Origin: a virus
Taxonomy: Duplodnaviria; Caudoviricetes
DNA length: 53,855 nt
Direction: 5' to 3' (one strand)
Virus record (IMG/VR): IMGVR_UViG_3300025617_000031
Coordinates: 1-53,855 of that record
Part shown: positions 45,934-53,855 of the stretch, in pieces
How the letters are laid out: each line of letters opens with the position of its first letter
Position numbering within the stretch: the first letter of the stretch is position 1
Position numbers and translations under genes: made by a program
The notes under the pieces: model-generated
The model's database searches: none
What the model was told of the DNA's origin: nothing
The model's input: the letters and a program-made list of their open reading frames with translations, nothing else

Positions 45934-46089
45934 CTACCACTCCACACATGTTGCTCTATAAGCACTACCTAACTCTTCAATCAATGCTTTCTTATAAGAA
46001 TGGCATTCATTCCACGAATCATATATACCTTGTTCGTATGTAACCAATTGTCCTTTACTAGTTAGTACTATTAGAATCAGAATCCACAT
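45934..46089 (-). CDS. Small two-Cys hypothetical protein
   Basis: MWILILIVL...YDSWNEC...ATCVEW. Confidence 0.6.
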   Translation of the reverse strand: MWILILIVLTSKGQLVTYEQGIYDSWNECHSYKKALIEELGSAYRATCVEW

Positions 46090-46261
46090 CTTTATAGTCC
46101 TCATAAACCAGACGTAGTGTCTGACACAAAGTCTGTTTTTCAATTCGTTCGATACGATCTAGATATGGATCATATCTTCTTTCTGGTGCATAAAGATTGT
46201 CGTCGAGTCTATCAAACAACTCGTATATCAACTTCTCTGTATCTATATCTTTTAATCCCAT
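46058..46261 (-). CDS. Hypothetical protein
   Basis: Packed co-oriented ORF. Confidence 0.55.
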   Translation of the reverse strand: MGLKDIDTEKLIYELFDRLDDNLYAPERRYDPYLDRIERIEKQTLCQTLRLVYEDYKDVDSDSNSTN

Positions 46262-46788
46262 AATGACCTGTAATACTTTCCAAATAATGTTAATCCATTT
46301 CCAATTCGTGCGTTATGCTTTGCCAAACCTTCACGGTCAACCTTAAACGTATCGTTTGATCCCCACTTCATTTCTGACATTCCATTCTCTAACTCTTCCC
46401 AGTATATGTCAGATACGCCTGAGAAGAATTGTTTGTCGTTATCGTCGTCAAGAATTTGCTCAAATGCCCAGATCATCTCATTCATCATCCAATCCCAAAC
46501 TTCTGTTTGACGGTTAAATTCCTGCTCATTGTAATATTCACCGGGTTCAGAAAATAAATCTCCGATTGCTCTTGGATCCCATTCACGACGAATGTATTGT
46601 AAATGTTCTGGCATATCCTCATAGTCTATATAGGGAACACCATGCTTAGTTTCTTTGAGTTGCTTGAGCATTGGAAGTACGATCAACGCAAGGGTATGAT
46701 CCATGTTCCAAGTATCGTAATTATGAATGACGACATTGACATCTCGTTCTTCGTCGTCATCCTTATACCTACCGATTTGAACGAACAT
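46252..46788 (-). CDS. Conserved phage hypothetical protein
   Basis: YDTWNMDHTLALIVLPMLKQLKETKHG.P; WDW...EMIWAFE; NG..LFGKYY..LWD. Confidence 0.85.
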   Translation of the reverse strand: MFVQIGRYKDDDEERDVNVVIHNYDTWNMDHTLALIVLPMLKQLKETKHGVPYIDYEDMPEHLQYIRREWDPRAIGDLFSEPGEYYNEQEFNRQTEVWDWMMNEMIWAFEQILDDDNDKQFFSGVSDIYWEELENGMSEMKWGSNDTFKVDREGLAKHNARIGNGLTLFGKYYRSLWD

Positions 46789-47113
46789 AGTCCAAGATCT
46801 CTTCTAGGTTCTTAGATAGTTGAATGCGTTTCAGAAACTCTAGTCGTGTCTCTGTTTTCTCAAACTGTAGTGCAAGGTTACGAATATCCATACAGTCTCG
46901 TGGAGTGACACCATCGATTACCACTTCGTCGTCGCAAGTCACATCGTCACGTGGGAATAGATTGTCCTGACTGTCAAGGATCTTACCCAACTGATCCCAC
47001 ATGGGCAACTTTTCGTATTCTGGATCATAGTCACGAACTTCGTGTGAACGTGCATAGTACGCATTATCTACGGTATTCTCACCCATTGCGGTACGAATGT
47101 TTGTATAACTCAT
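46769..47113 (-). CDS. Hypothetical protein
   Basis: Packed co-oriented ORF with an ATGA overlap. Confidence 0.65.
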   Translation of the reverse strand: MSYTNIRTAMGENTVDNAYYARSHEVRDYDPEYEKLPMWDQLGKILDSQDNLFPRDDVTCDDEVVIDGVTPRDCMDIRNLALQFEKTETRLEFLKRIQLSKNLEEILDYVRSNR

Positions 47114-47244
47114 AACTGCTCAACTCCAACAATATCCAATCCTTTAGCATAACACACTTCTATGATGTGGTCAAGTCTACCATAATCGCAAACCCAATCG
47201 TGTGTCTGCCCATTCTTCGTTCTATAATGTAATACTACTTTCAT
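47110..47244 (-). CDS. Small hypothetical protein
   Basis: MKVVLHYRTKNG...; ATGA overlaps at both ends. Confidence 0.55.
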   Translation of the reverse strand: MKVVLHYRTKNGQTHDWVCDYGRLDHIIEVCYAKGLDIVGVEQL

Positions 47245-47474
47245 TCCACGACCTGTGATTTGATTGTTTTTGATAATATATTTCGGCATATACCGTTGTC
47301 GCATACCGTTTTCTCCTCAGTCTCCACGAGGAAATAATTCTCTGGAAGAACTGTTGCTACAATGTATTTTGGTTCCCAATCTTTATCAATGCGATCTTCA
47401 AAGTCGTTGGTACCTTCCATAGGAAGAAACACATACAACATCCAACCACAGATAAAGATTAGTAAATTCCACAT
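47241..47474 (-). CDS. Hypothetical protein with N-terminal TM/signal segment
   Basis: MWNLLIFICGWMLYVFLP. Confidence 0.6.
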   Translation of the reverse strand: MWNLLIFICGWMLYVFLPMEGTNDFEDRIDKDWEPKYIVATVLPENYFLVETEEKTVCDNGICRNILSKTIKSQVVE

Positions 47475-47929
47475 TAGATATTTTCCATATCAGGGACTAC
47501 TGCGTCCGAACGTTTTAACTTCAACTGGATGTATACACGATACACACCCTTCTCTGTATAGACTTCTTTGTTGACTACACGATACTTCGAAACATCGACA
47601 TTTGCGTAACCAGACTTTGATGTCTTCTGCATCTCTGCATTACTGTCTGTAGTATACCCTTTCATTTCAGAAGATACAACAGTTTTTAACTTATCACCAA
47701 GAGAAATTTTTGCTTGGTGCATTGCCTTATCAATCGCAAACTGCAGATCAAGTGCTGAACCTGTTCCCGTTCCGAACACGACTTCTTCAGTATCTTCGTT
47801 CGATTCGATATACCACTCAGGAATACCTTCACTTTCTTCAATCTCTACGACCCCTCCGTTGCCTATCATAGGCAAAGACGAGCAACCGCCTAGTGCGAGC
47901 AACCCCGCAAACAACATTACCTTTTTCAT
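47474..47929 (-). CDS. Lipoprotein (LPP20-like)
   Basis: Lipobox MKKVMLFAGLLALGG|C; IPEWY; FGTGTG...DLQFAIDKA...AK. Confidence 0.85.
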   Translation of the reverse strand: MKKVMLFAGLLALGGCSSLPMIGNGGVVEIEESEGIPEWYIESNEDTEEVVFGTGTGSALDLQFAIDKAMHQAKISLGDKLKTVVSSEMKGYTTDSNAEMQKTSKSGYANVDVSKYRVVNKEVYTEKGVYRVYIQLKLKRSDAVVPDMENI

Positions 47930-48087
47930 ACTTTAACCACTGTAACTAATCGTCTTGCTTTACCAGAGTACGCAGATGCAGATACTCCAACGAATTGTGC
48001 AATCTTGTCTATTGCACTTTGCTCAGACAGTGCGGCAACCCTTGCGACGAACTGCCCATCATAATAACCCAAATAATAATCAAACAC
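47926..48087 (-). CDS. Small hypothetical protein, 53 aa
   Basis: Manual: GTG start with SD AAGGAG; MFDYYLGYYDGQFVARVAALSEQSAIDK...; ATGA overlap. Confidence 0.6.
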   Translation of the reverse strand: MFDYYLGYYDGQFVARVAALSEQSAIDKIAQFVGVSASAYSGKARRLVTVVKV

Positions 48088-48307
48088 ACAAATCTCCTTC
48101 TGGTTCTACCCAACCATACCCCCAATACATGTTGGGGCAATCTTTGTTTGAGTTTCTCAACTCAATCGCATCCTTTGGAAGTTCGACACGATAGAGTTGT
48201 CTAACATCAAGAAACTCAAGCAGACTGACTGTATGCGGTTTGTAGTAGAGAACCTCTCCATCATCAAACTCGCAATACATCATTGAAATATAATCTTTAG
48301 GCAACAT
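48080..48307 (-). CDS. Hypothetical protein
   Basis: TAATG overlap with the upstream gene; SD AGGAG. Confidence 0.65.
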   Translation of the reverse strand: MLPKDYISMMYCEFDDGEVLYYKPHTVSLLEFLDVRQLYRVELPKDAIELRNSNKDCPNMYWGYGWVEPEGDLCV

Positions 48308-48618
48308 TACGCACACTCCTTCATCATCTGAACTGCCAAGTCATACTCAGCATCATTATCGCAAGTGTCGATCAACTCGACACGACCATCGTAGTCCATG
48401 CTAGTCTCAAACGGGATGTATGCTTCTTCACCCTCACGTCCAAACTCTGCACCGTCTTTCTCAACGATGATGGTGTAACCGTCAAAGTGGTAACGACCGT
48501 TAACAACGATTTCCCCCTTTGCGATCACTTTACCTTCGATGTAAGCACCCTTAGAACCACAGAAGTCATAACCACGGATAACCATACCAACTTCTGCAAG
48601 ATTTTCATATTTCAACAT
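48307..48618 (-). CDS. Early hypothetical protein
   Basis: First gene after a strong promoter; MLKYENLAEVG.VIRGYDF... Confidence 0.75.
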   Translation of the reverse strand: MLKYENLAEVGMVIRGYDFCGSKGAYIEGKVIAKGEIVVNGRYHFDGYTIIVEKDGAEFGREGEEAYIPFETSMDYDGRVELIDTCDNDAEYDLAVQMMKECA

Positions 48619-48647
48619 AATATTCTCTCTTCTCAATCAACACAGGT

Positions 48648-48696
48648 AGTATAGCAAACTGGACGCAAAGGTCAACAACTTTTTTCACTTTTTTTC
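48648..48696 (-). promoter_or_regulatory. Strong early (sigma70-type) promoter with an A-tract UP element
   Basis: AAAAAAAGTGAAAAAAG upstream of TTGACC-16-TATACT with TG extension. Confidence 0.75.
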
Positions 48697-48843
48697 ATTG
48701 TATTTGTTTATCGTTAATAACGGAAGGATAGACATCATTGATTCAACCTCATCCCAATAATACTCGACGCATTCTTCCTTAGTGATTTTATAATACTCAC
48801 ATACCCAAGTGATTGCATCTGCGTAGGGGTCTTTACCATTCAT
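48685..48843 (-). CDS. Small hypothetical protein, 52 aa
   Basis: Manual: MNGKDPYADAITWVCEYYKITKEECVEYYWDEVE... Confidence 0.6.
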   Translation of the reverse strand: MNGKDPYADAITWVCEYYKITKEECVEYYWDEVESMMSILPLLTINKYNEKK

Positions 48844-48845
48844 AA

Positions 48846-49058
48846 TCAAAGTCCATTAGTTACAGCAATCGTCTCAAACTTGCGACGAGTCTTGAAAAAC
48901 TTCATAGGTTTCTTGTAGATGACGAAACCGTCTGGGTTGCCTTCTGGATAGTACGCAACGAGTTTGCCTGTCTTCTTATCCACATAGTACATGTTCTCAG
49001 GATAACGGAACCCATCAACGGTTCCAGTAACTTCTTTCAATTGTTCGATCATGACCAT
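48846..49058 (-). CDS. Hypothetical protein
   Basis: LKEVT...YP...Y.V.K..KLVAY...YKKPM.F.KTRRKF. Confidence 0.7.
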   Translation of the reverse strand: MVMIEQLKEVTGTVDGFRYPENMYYVDKKTGKLVAYYPEGNPDGFVIYKKPMKFFKTRRKFETIAVTNGL

Positions 49059-49267
49059 ACCTGCTTATCTAAATCTCTACCACTCTTGCTCACCACTACA
49101 AACTGGTGAACTCCAATACAACGATCAACCCACTGGGACAGAATACAAACTTGATCTGCCGTGGTGTGGGCAATCATAGGAAACTTGTCGTTAAAGAAAA
49201 ACATAGTGTGACGAACCTGCTTTCGAGGTTTGTGCCACAGTTTAACTAGACCACTTGAGATTACCAT
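49049..49267 (-). CDS. Hypothetical protein
   Basis: Packed co-oriented ORF. Confidence 0.55.
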   Translation of the reverse strand: MVISSGLVKLWHKPRKQVRHTMFFFNDKFPMIAHTTADQVCILSQWVDRCIGVHQFVVVSKSGRDLDKQVWS

Positions 49268-49362
49268 TTTTTTAAATCACCCTTCACTGCTAAGTAAATA
49301 ATAGCGGCAACAACAATGCCACCCATCAAAATCACATCGTAGTAGTTCTGTGTGTATTCCAT
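49261..49362 (-). CDS. 33-aa single-TM peptide
   Basis: Manual: MEYTQNYYDVILMGGIVVAAIIYLAVKGDLKKW; SD GAGAGGGG; first ORF after the promoter. Confidence 0.6.
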   Translation of the reverse strand: MEYTQNYYDVILMGGIVVAAIIYLAVKGDLKKW

Positions 49363-49413
49363 AAAAAACCCCTCTCAATCAATATGGTAATAATACCACA
49401 CTGGTTGGAGGGG
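49363..49413 (-). terminator. Long hairpin plus U6 (terminator-like) overlapping a promoter and RBS
   Basis: CCCCTC-CAA-C-CA-GTGTGGTA[TTAT]TACCATAT-TG-A-TTG-A-GAGGGG-TTTTTT. Confidence 0.6.
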
Positions 49414-49417
49414 TCAA
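49390..49417 (-). promoter_or_regulatory. Early (sigma70-type) promoter
   Basis: TTGACC-16-TATTAT with TG extension; similar to the promoter at 48648-48675. Confidence 0.7.
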
Positions 49418-49440
49418 GAACTTTCGTATTAGACATTAGT

Positions 49441-49713
49441 CTAATATAGTTGTCGTGCGACTTCTTCCATTTGTTTTGTCATATCATCTAACTCTTCTAC
49501 GGTACGAGGTTCATATCCGAGAACGGATTCTTCCTGTCCATTCTCTTTTACCCAGATTAAGTCTTTGACGTATAAGAATGAGCATCCATTTAAAAAGTAA
49601 ATGAAATCTTCTAATACTTCACCGAGACCTTCTGGTTCTAATGTATGCTCGATCACACGGGTCTTTCCATACATATCAGTAAACTCTCGACGGAAGGTAT
49701 ATTTTTCACCCAT
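49441..49713 (-). CDS. Hypothetical protein
   Basis: L.EVLEDF..FL.GC.F motif; SD GAGG. Confidence 0.7.
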   Translation of the reverse strand: MGEKYTFRREFTDMYGKTRVIEHTLEPEGLGEVLEDFIYFLNGCSFLYVKDLIWVKENGQEESVLGYEPRTVEELDDMTKQMEEVARQLY

Positions 49714-49715
49714 AA

Positions 49716-49871
49716 TTATTCCTCATACATCTCGTGTAATAGATCACCGACACGAGATCTCCAAGACTCACCGTGCATCTCTGCAATAATATCTTCGATT
49801 TCATCTATATCTTTCTTTTGACTCAAAAGAGACACGATATCCTGATCGATATCTAATTGTTCATCACTCAT
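49716..49871 (-). CDS. Small acidic hypothetical protein, 51 aa
   Basis: Manual: MSDEQLDIDQDIVSLL...; SD GAGG. Confidence 0.6.
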   Translation of the reverse strand: MSDEQLDIDQDIVSLLSQKKDIDEIEDIIAEMHGESWRSRVGDLLHEMYEE

Positions 49872-49883
49872 AATATACCTCTA

Positions 49884-50063
49884 CTATTTTTTTACTGGTT
49901 GAATATTTCCATTCTTATCAAATTCGATGATCTTACTTTGCTCTAAATGTGCAAGGGTAAGTTCGGTTGCAACTACGACACCTTCTTTCAGACCAGACTG
50001 ATAAGAAAAGTAAACACACGCAACAATAGTACCTAAAAAGATAATTGCCCATTCAATCGGCAT
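49884..50063 (-). CDS. Small membrane protein
   Basis: MPIEWAIIFLGTIVACVYFSY.SG.KEG; SD AGGAG. Confidence 0.7.
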   Translation of the reverse strand: MPIEWAIIFLGTIVACVYFSYQSGLKEGVVVATELTLAHLEQSKIIEFDKNGNIQPVKK

Positions 50064-50094
50064 ATCATTCTCCTGACGAGGATTGTAAAAGTAT

Positions 50095-50676
50095 TTAGCA
50101 ATCAAAGTCTTTCTTGAAGTCTTCTACAAAGATTCCAGAGACATTCGATGCATCTAGTGTAGCAAATTCACTAGCATTTGGCAACACAAAAGTGAATTGA
50201 ACTTGAGCATTGTCTCTCATAAACCACTCTAAGTACTTGATACGATAGTAGTTATCACTTTCTACTGCGTGTGTTTCTATGCCGTAGTTAGGAGTATTCT
50301 TAAACACATTGTCAGTTGAGATGCTACCCTTGAGCAAAAAGTCAAATCCAAGACAATACAGTTTAGTATTATCACGACGGATTGCTTCGAGCATTGCATT
50401 CATACCTGCATTCGAACGACGACGACGAGAATTGTACTTCGCAGACTCCCATCGTTCATCTTCTGGTGGAATGATTATCTGACTGCGAGGATGTATCTCT
50501 TCAGTCAATTCTTTAATCATTCCATCATCAATTGCGACAATATAATCACAGTCACTAAACTCTCGATGGATTGCATTGCAACCATAAATCTCACCGCGGG
50601 TCTTGAGTCCATGTAGGTCTATAGGTTTTCGACTTACACCATTACCGACGATGAATGCCGTTGTCTTTGAGCTCAT
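50095..50676 (-). CDS. MptE/DUF115-like (Maf glycosyltransferase-related) protein
   Basis: AFIVGNGVSR; IYGCNAI; VAIDD; NAG..A..EAI; LY.LGFDF. Confidence 0.6.
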   Translation of the reverse strand: MSSKTTAFIVGNGVSRKPIDLHGLKTRGEIYGCNAIHREFSDCDYIVAIDDGMIKELTEEIHPRSQIIIPPEDERWESAKYNSRRRRSNAGMNAMLEAIRRDNTKLYCLGFDFLLKGSISTDNVFKNTPNYGIETHAVESDNYYRIKYLEWFMRDNAQVQFTFVLPNASEFATLDASNVSGIFVEDFKKDFDC

Positions 50677-50830
50677 CTTCTAGTTCATCCCAATCTTCAT
50701 TATCAATATTTTCCGCAACATCCATTAGGTGTTTTTTGAAGTGATGTCTCGATTCCTTTTTAAGGGGTCTCTTGCGAATTCCTTCATTTTCTTCAGTATA
50801 CTCTTTGAACGATTTTTTGATTCTACCCAT
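50642..50830 (-). CDS. Small charged hypothetical protein
   Basis: Basic N-half and acidic C-half; packed ORF. Confidence 0.6.
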   Translation of the reverse strand: MGRIKKSFKEYTEENEGIRKRPLKKESRHHFKKHLMDVAENIDNEDWDELEDELKDNGIHRR

Positions 50831-50850
50831 ATTAGTTTTTTATCTGACTT

Positions 50851-51285
50851 TCACCAATCTTTAGTTTGCTCAGGAAATGCTTCCATCGTGAGTTTCTTAG
50901 TGATACCCTTGAATGGCAACTTCCCGTCCTTCATACCGATCAAAAGTTTTGCGTCTTTAGGATCGATGCTCTCTAACAGACCGATGAAGAGTTGCTCCCT
51001 ACGAGTCTGTTTGAGATTTCTTTGCGCAGGTTGATCTCCCTGCACGAATAAGTATAACCTACGGAGTTCTGCATAAAACTGTCCTTCAACATCTGATCCC
51101 TCTACGAGAGGTTTGTACGGAGGTGTTCCTTCTGGCAATAACCACTTTGCAAGAGGACTATAGGTATATGCCAATACAATAATTGCGGGATGTCCGATCT
51201 CTTGTAATTTAGCAATCTTCTCTTTTCGAGTTTCTAATTTCTCGACTTCTTTAAATAATTCGTACATACTTTTCTTTGCCATCAA
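50851..51285 (-). CDS. Conserved T4-like phage protein found next to RNase H
   Basis: WLLPEGTPPYKP; E.RRLYLFV.G; RREQLFIGLLESIDP.DA.LL..MKD.KL..KGIT...EAFP. Confidence 0.85.
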   Translation of the reverse strand: MMAKKSMYELFKEVEKLETRKEKIAKLQEIGHPAIIVLAYTYSPLAKWLLPEGTPPYKPLVEGSDVEGQFYAELRRLYLFVQGDQPAQRNLKQTRREQLFIGLLESIDPKDAKLLIGMKDGKLPFKGITKKLTMEAFPEQTKDW

Positions 51286-52142
51286 AATTCTCCGACATGC
51301 TCAATCAATAGTTTTAATCGTTTCTTGATAAAATAATTCAAGAGACCTTTCCTTTCCGGTACTTCATATTTATCATACATCTGTATTACTTGATTGCAAA
51401 TATCATTCGGTACGCAGGATAAGTCTACGAGTTCTTCATTGCGTTTATAATTGCGGAGCATTATTTCGTCACAGAACTTCTCTGGTTCCAGATCAATCCA
51501 CGACTCTATCTTTTTACTGGATAGTGGTTTCTGTCTTTCCTTTGCAATAATGCACGAATCGTTGGATAGGAAGTTTGGAATACCGTCACCACGATCACCT
51601 TTCATAATATGTTCCTTCAGGAATCGAAAAGGATCTGTGATACGAATCCACTTCTTAGTGATAGGGCTGAACTGATCAACATTCACATACTTCTGCAACT
51701 GACCAAAGTCTTTGTCACCAGAAAGAATGAGAATCTTCTCAGAATCATCATTTCTTAAATGTACACCGTATCGTTCAGTAAGAACACCGATGATGTCATC
51801 TGCCTCGGCACGAGGTACTTGGATTACACGATAAGGGAAGTACTGCTTGAGTTCTTCACGGATGTTATTGAGTGCATCAAAGATAGCACCCCAATCCAGA
51901 TCAGACTTCTCACGGTCTTCCTTACGATGTGCCTTGTAATATGGGAAGAGATCTTTTCTCCAATAGTTCTTATCATCACAACAGATGACAAGTTCTCCAT
52001 AGTCTTTGACGAATTTCTGACGATACATACGGATACTATTCAGTACCATGTGTCTCACCAAATCTTCATTGAGATCAGACTTACCTTTAATTTGAATCAT
52101 CAAGTTGCTGATCATTACTTGATTCAAGTCTAACAAAATCAT
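51282..52142 (-). CDS. rnh: T4-type RNase H (5'-3' exonuclease, FEN family)
   Basis: MILLDLNQVMISN; YWRKDLFPYYKA.RK; AEADDIIG; LILSGDKDF.QLQ; GDRGDGIPN. Confidence 0.96.
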   Translation of the reverse strand: MILLDLNQVMISNLMIQIKGKSDLNEDLVRHMVLNSIRMYRQKFVKDYGELVICCDDKNYWRKDLFPYYKAHRKEDREKSDLDWGAIFDALNNIREELKQYFPYRVIQVPRAEADDIIGVLTERYGVHLRNDDSEKILILSGDKDFGQLQKYVNVDQFSPITKKWIRITDPFRFLKEHIMKGDRGDGIPNFLSNDSCIIAKERQKPLSSKKIESWIDLEPEKFCDEIMLRNYKRNEELVDLSCVPNDICNQVIQMYDKYEVPERKGLLNYFIKKRLKLLIEHVGEF

Positions 52143-52182
52143 GATATGTGCTCACATATAATCTATCTACTCTTATATAGTC

Positions 52183-52662
52183 TCATAGATCTGTGTTTGT
52201 GTCAACCCCCCAAATTTTATTAATGTCTGGATAAAAAACACCATGCTGACGTTTGGGTTCACCATTGGCATCATATGCCATATGTTTACACACATAACCA
52301 ATTTTGTTCTGCCCAAACTCACCCCAATACATATCTAACCATGTGCCGTTTTCAAGATAGTTCTGCATATTACGTGCATAGTTTTCGCAACGAATTTGTT
52401 TTGCTTCAGCATCTTTGATTCCTTGCTTTGCTTCACGTTTATATCGTGACGCAAGTTCACGTTGAGTCTTAATCCACTTCCTAACATTGTTCATACAAAG
52501 TTCATCTTCGTCTGATAATGCTAAAACCTTTGGAGCAATGTTTTTGTATTGAGGAGGATTTTCCTTCATACGTTTTTCACGTGCGACACGCAACCGTTCT
52601 GCCGCTGCTTGTTTTTGCTCTTCGGTCATTACCCGTTTTTTGCGAAACTTCTTGACTGCCAT
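52183..52662 (-). CDS. Conserved basic hypothetical protein upstream of rnh
   Basis: MTEEQK.AAAERL..AREKR; V.KWIK.Q; Y.RNMQ.YL..G.W.D.YWGE. Confidence 0.8.
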   Translation of the reverse strand: MAVKKFRKKRVMTEEQKQAAAERLRVAREKRMKENPPQYKNIAPKVLALSDEDELCMNNVRKWIKTQRELASRYKREAKQGIKDAEAKQIRCENYARNMQNYLENGTWLDMYWGEFGQNKIGYVCKHMAYDANGEPKRQHGVFYPDINKIWGVDTNTDL

Positions 52663-52664
52663 AA

Positions 52665-53621
52665 CTATTTCCTAGATAAAGATTTTAAAAGTGCTTTCCA
52701 CTCTTCTGATCTTACATTCCAATTGTAGTTGTTGTCAACCCAATTTTTTTGGAAAAGCATTTTTTGTTTAAAATTCTTATCCTCAATCTGCATACGAATC
52801 GCATGGTTCAGTATGTTTGCAAAGTAGTTTGCGTGTGCCTGTACATCTTCATTGTACTGATACATTGTTGCAAACCCACTAGTCGTTTCTGGCAATGCAC
52901 CAAGGTTAGGACATACAACTTGGCATCCTGCAGACATTGCCTCGATTGCGGCAATACAAGATGTCTCGATCCAAGTATTAGGATATGCAAAAATGTGCGA
53001 CTCTTGCAATGCCTTGCGGACAGTATCATTCGGTTGGTAACCGTGGTAAGTCATGTGTGGGTGTTTTTCAATCTGATCAAATAAATCATAATATGGTTCA
53101 TCTCTTTCAATCCACCCATATGCCTCAAATGAAGAATATACATCTAGATGAATTTTATCCTTATAATCTTCCGCAAGTGCTTCGAATGCGGCAACAAGAA
53201 TGTTAAGACCACGATGCGGTGTTGTATGATAGATCAAACGAATGACATCATCTTTCTTGTCTTTGTACTCGATTGGTTCGATTGCATTCTTCAGTACAAC
53301 AGACTCACTATAAGGGACACCTAAACCCATACTATAAGTAGACAACTGGTAGTTAGAAACAAATACCAATTTCTCAAATCGTTTCCTTGATGCTTCGTCT
53401 TTCAGATGCTGTGCTTCTGGATCGTTCCAGAGATCGTGCAACCATAGGATACGAGGTTTATCGTCCAACTCACGAACACGAGAACAAATAATTTGGAATT
53501 GCTCTAATAGATCAGAAGAGACTCGATCTTTGAGTCCCTTCATCATCATCTCTGTTCCACCCATTGCACCTTTGTAAGTTCCATCCTTACTCGGTCCTTT
53601 ACTCATTGTAAATTCACTCAT
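52665..53621 (-). CDS. Glycosyltransferase (GT-B, family 4-like)
   Basis: GGTE; LWLHD; VFVS; LIYHTTPHRGL; FAYP..W.ETSCIAAIEAM.AG...GALPET (EX7E motif). Confidence 0.9.
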   Translation of the reverse strand: MSEFTMSKGPSKDGTYKGAMGGTEMMMKGLKDRVSSDLLEQFQIICSRVRELDDKPRILWLHDLWNDPEAQHLKDEASRKRFEKLVFVSNYQLSTYSMGLGVPYSESVVLKNAIEPIEYKDKKDDVIRLIYHTTPHRGLNILVAAFEALAEDYKDKIHLDVYSSFEAYGWIERDEPYYDLFDQIEKHPHMTYHGYQPNDTVRKALQESHIFAYPNTWIETSCIAAIEAMSAGCQVVCPNLGALPETTSGFATMYQYNEDVQAHANYFANILNHAIRMQIEDKNFKQKMLFQKNWVDNNYNWNVRSEEWKALLKSLSRK

Positions 53622-53853
53622 ACTTTCCACTTAAATATTCCATTACACTTTCTGGTGACGATACACCATATGGATCTGGATCGTCTTCAGTTGCATCTGG
53701 TTCTGCAAACATTTTTTCAATGACACCATTATCCACAATCATTGCATATCGACGAGATCGTGTTCCAAAACCAACTACAGACATGTCTAGATCCATGCCC
53801 ATACCTTTAGTAAACTCAGCATTGCCATCAGGAATGAAGTCAATCTTTCCTGC
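53614..53853 (-). CDS. Peroxiredoxin (Prx5/redoxin family), 5' end outside window
   Basis: IPDGNAEFTKGMGM.LD....GFGTRSRRYAMIVDNGVIEKMF.EP....DPYGVSSPE. Confidence 0.9.
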   Translation of the reverse strand, partial: AGKIDFIPDGNAEFTKGMGMDLDMSVVGFGTRSRRYAMIVDNGVIEKMFAEPDATEDDPDPYGVSSPESVMEYLSGKYE

Positions 53854-53855
53854 AC

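Noticed and set aside
52175-52205. TTGACA upstream of rnh as a sigma70 promoter
   Set aside because: The best -10 candidates are 19-20 nt away, outside normal spacing
1-53855. tRNA/tmRNA genes and alternative genetic code
   Set aside because: No cloverleaf with T-loop and acceptor stem was seen by eye; conserved genes are full length under the standard code and end in TAA, TAG or TGA

Overview
AT-rich segment of a T4-like myophage genome, most similar in organisation to marine T4-like phages of bacterioplankton. No photosynthesis genes, tRNAs, rRNAs or CRISPR arrays were seen, and the host cannot be assigned. 1-30038 (- strand): late tail/baseplate operon with gp48, gp53, a hub-like protein, a P-loop protein, gp5, an Hc1-like protein, gp25, gp6, gp7-like, gp8, a DUF4815/VrlC-like structural gene, two 2OG-Fe(II) oxygenases, a 1700-aa tail fibre with an S74 chaperone domain and a PKD-domain protein running off the left edge. 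30051-34984 (+): gp4, gp2, gp54-like, gp26, gp51, an EF-hand membrane protein and a tape-measure-like protein. 35029-53855 (mostly -): gp32, gp59, gp33, a small late membrane/secreted cassette, exonuclease, many small early-type ORFs, class III aminotransferase, RNase H, glycosyltransferase and peroxiredoxin. The most striking observations are: (i) the DUF4815 structural gene is split, its N-half ending in a non-splicing (Hedgehog-type) Hint domain followed by a GNAT-like ORF and then a separately initiated C-half; (ii) gp51 lacks a proper start and is joined to gp26 by a T-TTT-TTT -1 slippery site, reminiscent of lambda G/GT; (iii) a perfect sigma70 promoter fires antisense into the gp5 region; (iv) a long terminator-like hairpin carries a promoter at its apex. 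All family assignments come from motif recognition and synteny by eye, not from database searches.
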